DNA of 11,304 nt from a virus. A program made the position numbers and the translations under genes. Where the stretch lies: the IMG/VR virus record IMGVR_UViG_3300000035_000055, positions 1-11,304 of that record; one strand, 5' to 3'. The notes beneath the pieces were generated by a model, which worked only from the letters and a program-made list of their open reading frames with translations, ran no database searches and was not told the origin of the DNA. Positions 1-6,180 of this stretch are shown here, piece after piece. The stretch's first letter is position 1. Every line of letters begins with the position of its first letter.

Positions 1-50
1 TTTAAGTAGTTCATCAGATATAAAAAAGCGTCTTAAAACGGCTGTATGAC
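1..50. repeat. Left inverted terminal repeat (50 bp, perfect)
   Basis: Bases 1-50 (tttaagtagttcatcagatataaaaaagcgtcttaaaacggctgtatgac) are the exact reverse complement of 11255-11304. Identity stops at base 51 (t versus g). The 5' end begins with TTT. Confidence 0.97.
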
Positions 51-54
51 TATT

Positions 55-103
55 TAAAATAAAAGTCGGTCGAAATGTGCGAGGGACACACACCCGACCG
101 ACC
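55..103 (-). terminator. Rho-independent terminator closing the minus-strand transcription unit
   Basis: In the minus-sense RNA, GUCGGUCG (revcomp of 95-102) pairs with CGACCGAC (revcomp of 65-72). An inner UGUGUG/CGCACA helix needs a U-G wobble that exists only in the minus sense. The stem is followed by UUUUAUUUU (revcomp of 56-64). It lies about 50 nt downstream of the last stop codon at 154. Confidence 0.75.
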
Positions 104-153
104 GAATAGTACGACTTTAACGTCTGTACAACGATATAATATTAACGCACAAT

Positions 154-630
154 TTACTGTTTTATTTTGCGTCTGACACGTTTTTGTGTCGGCTGTGGTG
201 TAACTATACCTTCATAACGCAAAACCGTCTTATACGGCAAATTACAGTATGATTTTGACGTTGCCACACGTCTGCCGTTATCGTACCCGACACCTAACAG
301 ATGACCGACTGACATATAAATACTAACATCTCTATGTGGCGTTATCAGTATATCACCCGACATAAGACCTTCACCCGTTGCAAGGTTCACACGTCTTGTC
401 ACGTCTTTAAAACCTGCTTTAATCAGTGCGCCCGTAAGATTACCCGTATAACTTGCCCCGTACTGACGTACACTGATACCTGCTTTTTCTATGACATATA
501 TGACAAGTGATGCAGCGTCAAAGTACGATGTATCATTCAGAACATCTTGTATGTCCTTGCTATCTTCACATATTCGCATCATCTCTGATGCAAATATACC
601 CGATTGTCTATTAACTGTTTTCTTCAACAT
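154..630 (-). CDS. Last gene; possible papain-fold (NlpC/P60 or Amidase_5-like) cell-wall hydrolase or endolysin candidate, function uncertain
   Basis: The ORF-track start at 636 is GTG; the first ATG is at 630, preceded by AAGGGTG. YFDAASLVIYVIEKAGI followed by SGDILITPH resembles the D-C-S-x-hydrophobic ... GD-hydrophobic ... H layout of papain-like peptidoglycan amidases. Ala sits where the nucleophile Cys is expected. The gene overlaps the end of the upstream gene by 20 nt. Confidence 0.45.
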   Translation of the reverse strand: MLKKTVNRQSGIFASEMMRICEDSKDIQDVLNDTSYFDAASLVIYVIEKAGISVRQYGASYTGNLTGALIKAGFKDVTRRVNLATGEGLMSGDILITPHRDVSIYMSVGHLLGVGYDNGRRVATSKSYCNLPYKTVLRYEGIVTPQPTQKRVRRKIKQ

Positions 631-2512
631 AAACACCCTTATTTAAAAGTTCATAAATCATGTCTTTTTCATTTGTTGTCATTTGGTCATCTGATATGTC
701 GGTGACTTCTGTGAACACTGAATAACCGATTTTCTGCCCGATGACAACCCGTTCACATTCGTTGTTATACTGCTTGTTGTTCTTTGACTGATACCAACGA
801 ATATAAACATACGGTGTCAGTCCGTACAATATTTTGCTTTCAAACTGCTTTTTGCCTATATATTCAGTACCGTCACCCGTTCTGTATATGACATCTTGTT
901 TCACGTCACATTCATACAGTGCGAACACTATACCGTCAGTCATCAGTTTGGCAACACCTTCACCCGTGACAATATTCACGTCATATTGTAGGTTAATTGT
1001 CCTGCCCGTCAGTTTGCTGTCTAGTTGTTGCAGTCCTACAAACGGCAAGAATATTGTTATTTCCGTCTGATAGTCCGTGATGTTCTGATTGTGTGTCGGT
1101 ATCACGATGTCACCGAAATTCAGATTGATATATGTGTTAATCGGTGTCGATGCAGATATACCTGTGTCGTAAGTCGCACACCGAATGTTGCTTGCTATCG
1201 TGTCACCTATCTTGCAGAACACACGGTGAATTCTGTCGACATAATCACCTAAGTCAATGTTCCAAACGAAATAAGTGCTGCTCTCAGTCTTGAAACGTTT
1301 ACTTGCAAATTCTTTTAGGTTGTCGACAGTAACATTGTACACATTGATTGAACCGTACTTGTCAATATATTCGGTTGTAGGTGCTGCCGTACCTATAAGT
1401 TCGATTACAAGTTTACTCGTCAGTACCGAACAGTCGAACTTTATAGACGCTGTCTGCTTGTCATCAGACACTGTGAACGAATGTTCTATTTCACCGCCAT
1501 ATTCGTCTTGATACGTCAGTTTTGGTGTATCTTGAAAACTGTAATTTTCATTAGCGGTCAGCGTGATATTGACCATGTCAGATGTCGTAAACGGTGACGG
1601 TGAATGACTGCCCACCGCATTGGTAACATTGTTGTTAAGCGTAACTATATTCTTATACGCTGTCGCACTGCCCGAAAATTCTATACCTTTATCGGTGTCT
1701 ATGTCGTAAGACGATAAGTCGACAGTAAGTGTTGCGGTTGTCCCGTCATCTGTAATTGTCATCGTCACTTCATGAACTTCACCTTCACTGTCGGTGTATG
1801 ACATATAAGGTGCTGACACGAAAGTATAATTTTCGTTTGCGGTACACGTTATATCTAGCGTGTCCGTTGTCAGTGCGCTTTCGGGTATGCCGTATGTGGC
1901 ACAGTTTTCTATGTCGTTTGTTATAGCGACTGCCGAACCTATTATTTCGGCTGCTGCCGTTATCAAGATACCCTTATCAGATGTAAGGGTAAGTGTCGAT
2001 AAGTCAATATTGACAGTTGCTGACTGCTTGTCATCAGATACCGTAAAGTCGATATACCGCTTAACACCGTCACCGTCATAATATATGATGTTCGGCACGT
2101 CACCGCTGAACTGATAATTGTCACTGGCTGTCAGCGTGACCGCAAGTGTTTCATCTGACTTGATTGTTTCGGGTGCGTCAGACGTACACCCGACCAAATC
2201 AGTTGTAACCGTTATTGTTTCGGCTGACGCATCGGCTGTCACGCTGCCCGTCAGATAGGCAGTCACTTTTTTGCTGCCCATGTCCGAAATAGTAATTGTG
2301 AAAGTTGCTGTTTTTCCGTCATCACTTAAAACGGCTGTTTCAGTATATTCGTCACCGAATGAACCTTGATATTCGAATTTCGGCGCGTCTGTGAACTTGT
2401 ACCCGTCATTAGCCGTGACCGTACCCGTGAACTGTTCACGTTTGGTCACTTCATCGGGAAAACTCGCTGTCGTGTTCGCTATGTTGTTTGTTAAATTCAG
2501 TGTTACCGCCAT
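611..2512 (-). CDS. Large tail protein: four tandem ~95-aa beta-rich repeats plus a ~250-aa C-terminal domain (tail knob or receptor-binding candidate)
   Basis: ATG at 2512 is preceded by AAAGGTGA. At 633 aa it is the largest structural ORF and lies in the late module after the capsid gene. The C-terminal segment ITIFLPFVGLQQLDSKLTGRTINLQYDVNIVTGEG recalls the [24 protein letters not shown] region of the phi29 gp9 tail knob (recalled, weak). Confidence 0.6.
   Translation of the reverse strand: MAVTLNLTNNIANTTASFPDEVTKREQFTGTVTANDGYKFTDAPKFEYQGSFGDEYTETAVLSDDGKTATFTITISDMGSKKVTAYLTGSVTADASAETITVTTDLVGCTSDAPETIKSDETLAVTLTASDNYQFSGDVPNIIYYDGDGVKRYIDFTVSDDKQSATVNIDLSTLTLTSDKGILITAAAEIIGSAVAITNDIENCATYGIPESALTTDTLDITCTANENYTFVSAPYMSYTDSEGEVHEVTMTITDDGTTATLTVDLSSYDIDTDKGIEFSGSATAYKNIVTLNNNVTNAVGSHSPSPFTTSDMVNITLTANENYSFQDTPKLTYQDEYGGEIEHSFTVSDDKQTASIKFDCSVLTSKLVIELIGTAAPTTEYIDKYGSINVYNVTVDNLKEFASKRFKTESSTYFVWNIDLGDYVDRIHRVFCKIGDTIASNIRCATYDTGISASTPINTYINLNFGDIVIPTHNQNITDYQTEITIFLPFVGLQQLDSKLTGRTINLQYDVNIVTGEGVAKLMTDGIVFALYECDVKQDVIYRTGDGTEYIGKKQFESKILYGLTPYVYIRWYQSKNNKQYNNECERVVIGQKIGYSVFTEVTDISDDQMTTNEKDMIYELLNKGVYVEENS
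1379..2509 (-). repeat. Four tandem in-frame coding repeats (~95 aa each) in the N-terminal 60% of the 633-aa tail protein
   Basis: Approximate repeat units are aa 2-98, 99-193, 194-288 and 289-378. They share the pattern (L/I)T(A/C)(S/T)(A/D)N(E/D)NY-F ... P ... Y ... G ... FT(V/I)(S/T)DD(G/K)(K/Q)(T/S)A ... D(L/C)S. Units 2 and 4 keep a 15-nt exact core, ctgcttgtcatcaga, at 2024-2038 and 1454-1468. Confidence 0.85.
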
Positions 2513-2514
2513 AT

Positions 2515-2955
2515 TCAGTCACCTTTGATTGTTACCATAATAAGTTCACCTTCCTTGTCGAACTGCTGTTTAGGAAATGTCAGTTTTTCAAAGTTCGGCT
2601 GAACGTTGTAAATATCTTCCCTTGATGATATGTACTTGTCGGCACTGTCACTGCTTGATACGGTAGCGGTTGCCGTAAGTATCTTGTCACGGTATGTCAT
2701 CAGAACGTCAACCGACAGTGTCAGTTCATACGTCTTGTTTTCTAGCACCCGAAAACTGTCTACGAAATAATATCTGTTCAGTTCTTCAATGTACAGATAC
2801 GAATATGTAAATATATTGTCCCACCGTATAATGACTGTCGGTTTTACGATGTCGAACCCGTCACGGATAAGACCTTTGACACTGACACCGTCTGTCAGCG
2901 TCTTATTGATTATGTCCTTTCGGTTGTTGTAATTGTAAAGTGTTATATGTACCAT
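2515..2955 (-). CDS. Small tail protein, possibly equivalent to the N-terminal domain of a phi29 gp9-type tail knob
   Basis: The ORF-track start at 2961 is TTG; the first ATG is at 2955 (MVHITLY...). YSYLYIEELNRYYFVDSFRVLENKTYELTLSVDVLMTYRDKI resembles phi29 gp9 [47 protein letters not shown] (recalled). The stop at 2515 is 2 nt from the next ATG. Confidence 0.5.
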   Translation of the reverse strand: MVHITLYNYNNRKDIINKTLTDGVSVKGLIRDGFDIVKPTVIIRWDNIFTYSYLYIEELNRYYFVDSFRVLENKTYELTLSVDVLMTYRDKILTATATVSSSDSADKYISSREDIYNVQPNFEKLTFPKQQFDKEGELIMVTIKGD

Positions 2956-2974
2956 GACCAACTTATATTAAACA

Positions 2975-3025
2975 GTGCCGTGCCTGCTGCTATTATGGAG
3001 AAAAACAGTTATTCAGACACGGCAC
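2975..3025 (-). promoter_or_regulatory. Strong stem-loop in the 173-nt non-coding gap after the capsid gene (attenuator, RNA-stability element or part of a structured ncRNA)
   Basis: In the minus-sense RNA, GUGCCGUGUCUG pairs with CAGGCACGGCAC: 12 bp including one U-G wobble that would be a C-A mismatch in the plus sense. The loop is 27 nt and is followed by UGUUUAAUAU. No ORF fits the 2962-3134 gap on either strand. Confidence 0.55.
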
Positions 3026-3134
3026 ATAAGAATGAAAGCACGCCCGTAAAGACACCGATGAACACCGTCAAGTAAGGTTATGAGCCTTAAAACGTATGTA
3101 CAACACGGCTGCCGTCAGACGTTAGTTATACATA

Positions 3135-4295
3135 TTATGCTATGAAGAACAGCACGAAATTTTCATTTGTGTCGTTGAAGAACGAACAGTCAAATTTAAA
3201 GTAGTTGTTGAAAAACTCTGCTTTCGCATTGTAGTTGGTCGTAACTCGCTTGTCGCTGTTCGTAACACCTAAACTGTCACGGTCGAACATCACACCGATG
3301 ACACCCGATATTTCGATGTCAGTACCGCTTGCAGACTTGACATTGATTTTGCTACATTCGTCAAAACTGTACTTCAACCCACTTGCTTGCCAACAAGGTA
3401 CTGTTTCACATTTAGGCAGCACCACTTCTGACTTGTTGTAAGTGTCGCTGTACAGATATGTCCCTGCTGCTTTCGCAAAATCTGTCAGCAGTACGGTATG
3501 CAGCATGTCGGCACTTGTAAAACGTTCTTTACCGCCAACGTTGAACAGTGTGGATATGCTAGCCAAACGGTCACTGTACATACCCATGATATAAGACGCA
3601 TAACGTATGAATTCGGGGTTAAGAACCGCTTGTTCTGCTGTCAGCGTTGTGCCGAATTTCTGATTGTACATGTACAAAAGGTTCACGCATCTGTTTGTGC
3701 TGCCCTTCGAATAGTCACCGCCAAATGTGTCAGCGTCTGCAATAAGTGTTTCAGCGACCATGTTGTTAATAGTACGCATGATAAGTGCGTCTGTCTTGAT
3801 AGTCATCGACTTGTCGACAGCGTTGTAAATCATCGAATAAAAGCCGTTAAGTTGTTCTGCGTTGTCAAAACTTTCTTTCACTTGACGTTCTGTCACGCTT
3901 ACGGGTACTTCGAAAGTCACCTTGCTGTTAAAGAATTTGGCACTTACTGTCGGTTTATAGAATACGTCTTGTTTGTATTCTTTGCCGTTCTCCAAATTCC
4001 ATGTGTCATTTTCCTGTGCTTCGGGTATGTCGCACTGTATCTTTTCAAGTACGCTACCGAATTCCCAACTGTCCATAAGAACAGACGGTACTTTACCCGT
4101 GTATGGTCGGTTGACGAATACAACCTTACCAATATGGTCAACTAATGACTTGACATAATTGTCAACTTGATTTGCGTTAAAAATCTCTGTACCCAAATCT
4201 ACAACACCGCTCAAATCTTCTGCAACGATGTCGCTTTTTCCTAAAACTTCGTTAGAAATAGAATTAACTATCTCATAAATTTGTTTTACTTCCAT
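3135..4295 (-). CDS. Major capsid protein, phi29 gp8-like (HK97 fold), without a C-terminal Ig-like decoration domain
   Basis: The ORF-track start at 4304 is TTG; the first ATG is at 4295 (MEVKQIY...). [23 protein letters not shown] matches phi29 gp8 [38 protein letters not shown] matches [28 protein letters not shown] matches [32 protein letters not shown] matches NYYLHVWQTLSASRFANAVAF. All phi29 sequences are recalled. Confidence 0.85.
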   Translation of the reverse strand: [386 protein letters not shown]

Positions 4296-4313
4296 AATAT
4301 CCAAATTAAAATG

Positions 4314-4901
4314 TTAATAAATGTCTGTACAAATATCTTCTATGATGTCGGACAACATCTGACGTTGCAGATTGAACAGTCTGACTTTCAGTTCAGCGTC
4401 TATGTTCTTCAACACTTCCGAACCGTCACCCGTAATTGTTCTGACATTTGTCAGTTCATTGTATGTTTCGGTTCTGTCGTTGTTACCGACTGTTTCATGT
4501 CTTTCACGCTGACTGAATTCATCTTCGTTGAACGCCTTGTTGCTGTCCGTGTCCGTTTGGTCACTGTCGCTGACTGCCGTGATGCTGCCCGTCTTAACGT
4601 CAACTATCTTCTGCCCGTCAGATATACCATATTCGGCATACAGTGCGTCATGCAGTTTTTTCCATGACTGCAAGTGAGTATATACGACAGCAGTTATGAA
4701 TGTGACATAATTGTCTGCCGTAAGATAATCAAGCAAAGTACGGTTACCATACAGCCCGACTGCTAGACTGTCCATACTCTGCCGTGTCTGACCCGTGAAC
4801 AGTTCACTGAATTCATCAGCGAGCGTGCTAACTGTCCCGTCATCAGAAAATACAGTTTGGAACAGTCCGTTTTCCGATGTGAATAATTCCTTGTACTTCA
4901 T
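4314..4901 (-). CDS. Hypothetical assembly or structural protein between portal and capsid genes (scaffold or head-tail adaptor/lower-collar candidate by position only)
   Basis: 195 aa. Its ATG overlaps the portal stop (ATGA at 4898-4901), suggesting translational coupling. It ends 10 nt before the TTG codon at 4304 and 18 nt before the preferred capsid ATG at 4295. No motif was recognised. Confidence 0.7.
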   Translation of the reverse strand: MKYKELFTSENGLFQTVFSDDGTVSTLADEFSELFTGQTRQSMDSLAVGLYGNRTLLDYLTADNYVTFITAVVYTHLQSWKKLHDALYAEYGISDGQKIVDVKTGSITAVSDSDQTDTDSNKAFNEDEFSQRERHETVGNNDRTETYNELTNVRTITGDGSEVLKNIDAELKVRLFNLQRQMLSDIIEDICTDIY

Positions 4902-6109
4902 GCCCTTACTGTTTCTAGTTCGTCTTTATGTCTATCAGAATTTGTCCGTTCCGTTGTTTCGTCTGTATCTTGTAATAGGACATCGTTCTGTTTTTCGTCA
5001 TCTGTACCGTATGAAGGGGTGTCGCTGCTTTCGTCATCATCTGTCCCGTCATCGTCTGTGTCGGTGTCTGTTTCGTCATCAGACGTGATTGTTTCTTCAT
5101 CGTCATTCGTGTCGGCTGCTGTTTCACCGTCACCGTCTGTCGTGTCGGCTGCTGTTTCGTCTGATATACTTGTATCACTTGTTTCATCTTCCTTTATATT
5201 TTCTTCTGTCATCTCCCCGTCTGTCGGTGTGTCCGTTGTTTCAATAATCTTGTCGTTATTTTCTTTTTCAGTTTTCCACGCACTGTTAAGGTCAACCGTT
5301 ATGTCAGTGCCGAACATATCATTGATTTTCTTTATAGCACCTATTCGCTGACGTAACATATCATCTACAAACGGCAAAAGTGCGTCAACGTTAGCAGCGA
5401 CTTCACCCGTATTCAAGCGTTCACGTTTCATGTTGAAATTAGCGTTCAAACCCAATTCGTTCAGTAGGTTCGCTTTGAAATACTGCTGCAATTCGATAAG
5501 TTGTGCAATATACTGACTGTTCGTTGTCGGTGCTGACTGCATCTTGACACCTTCGAAAAAAGCGTTGTTTCCTATGACAGAAAAATCACCTTCTTTTATC
5601 TTCTTCAAGAATTCATCTGCCGACTGTTTCGTCTTGTCATCGCTAGCCGAAATAAGCATTGTTATTCGTGAAAGTATCGCTGCCGTGTCAAGCGAAATTG
5701 TGCTGTCTGTCAGCAACACCGCATACTTACCTATAAGCGGTAACAGTCCGTTCATCTCATAATCGTTACGACATAATACACCGTCTTGTCTGATGTCGAA
5801 CTGTTTGTATAGGTTTAGTGCCACATTAGCGACTGTGTACACGGTAGGTCTGCCGTATTCATCGGGTTGACCGCCCAACGTACCCGAAAGCGCAATTATC
5901 TGTCCTTCGACATCGGTGACGAAACAGTGACCGTCAGTCTGTAACAGATGTTCGAATTCTTCCTGCGGTAGACTGTCGGGCAGTCCTTCATATCTGAATA
6001 TAGACTGTGTCTGACACAGTGTATAAGATATTATGTGACCTACCGACTTGTCCTTGTTCTTGAACAGTGACTGAAAGTAACTGTAATTTATATCTTTACT
6101 TTTTGACAT
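4898..6109 (-). CDS. Portal (connector/upper collar) protein, phi29 gp10-like, with a ~120-aa hyper-acidic C-terminal extension
   Basis: [20 protein letters not shown] matches phi29 gp10 [43 protein letters not shown] matches [50 protein letters not shown] matches [26 protein letters not shown]. Roughly aa 1-280 covers the 309-aa phi29 protein; the remainder is D/E/T-rich. Confidence 0.88.
   Translation of the reverse strand: [403 protein letters not shown]
5107..5158 (-). repeat. 19-nt exact direct repeat inside the portal acidic tail
   Basis: tcgtgtcggctgctgtttc occurs at 5107-5125 and again at 5140-5158. The 33-nt (11-codon) spacing encodes the duplicated peptide ETAADT. Confidence 0.9.
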
Positions 6110-6125
6110 ATTGTTAATTTTGGTG

Positions 6126-6133
6126 CAAATATA
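6126..6133 (-). promoter_or_regulatory. Candidate Bacteroidota-type -7 promoter element (TATATTTG) for the late/morphogenesis genes
   Basis: Plus-strand caaatata is TATATTTG on the minus strand, matching the TAnnTTTG consensus. It lies in the AT-rich 71-nt gap between the ATPase stop (6181) and the portal ATG (6109), about 17 nt upstream of that ATG. No clear -33 TTTG was seen. Confidence 0.5.
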
Positions 6134-6180
6134 ATATATATTTTATTACATTGTTTAAATATTGTGTTAATTTAAGTTAA

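Noticed and set aside
834-2081. Several 73-78-aa plus-strand ORFs (834-1070, 1025-1252, 1275-1511, 1860-2081)
   Set aside because: They are antisense to the 633-aa tail gene and rich in Ser, Cys and Leu with low complexity. No independent signals support them.
3944-4141. 65-aa minus-strand alternative-frame ORF inside the capsid gene, and a similar 64-aa one at 10434-10628 inside the 123-aa gene
   Set aside because: Both are nested out of frame in longer, better-supported ORFs and are short with odd composition.
3498-4145. 215-aa plus-strand ORF, together with the plus-strand ORFs at 3235-3441 and 3973-4158
   Set aside because: All are fully antisense to the well-supported capsid gene. Their composition is Cys/His/Phe-rich and unlike real proteins. 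No start context or promoter is visible. They are typical shadow ORFs of a strongly strand-biased genome.
4281-4667. 128-aa plus-strand ORF
   Set aside because: It is antisense to the 195-aa gene and to the capsid start. It has no supporting signals and the same shadow-ORF explanation applies.
4915-5187. 90-aa very basic (K/Q/T/M-rich) minus-strand ORF in an alternative frame inside the portal acidic tail; considered as an overprinted gene
   Set aside because: Its composition is a direct frame-shifted by-product of the GAY/GAR/ACN repeats, which lack the T-containing triplets needed for stop codons. No start context was seen. It could be revisited only if the frame is conserved in relatives.
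5019-5351. 110-aa Ser/Val-rich plus-strand ORF, and the plus-strand ORF at 4795-5088
   Set aside because: They are antisense to the acidic portal tail. GAx/ACx codon runs read as Ser/Val on the opposite strand and contain no stop codons, so open frames are expected by chance.
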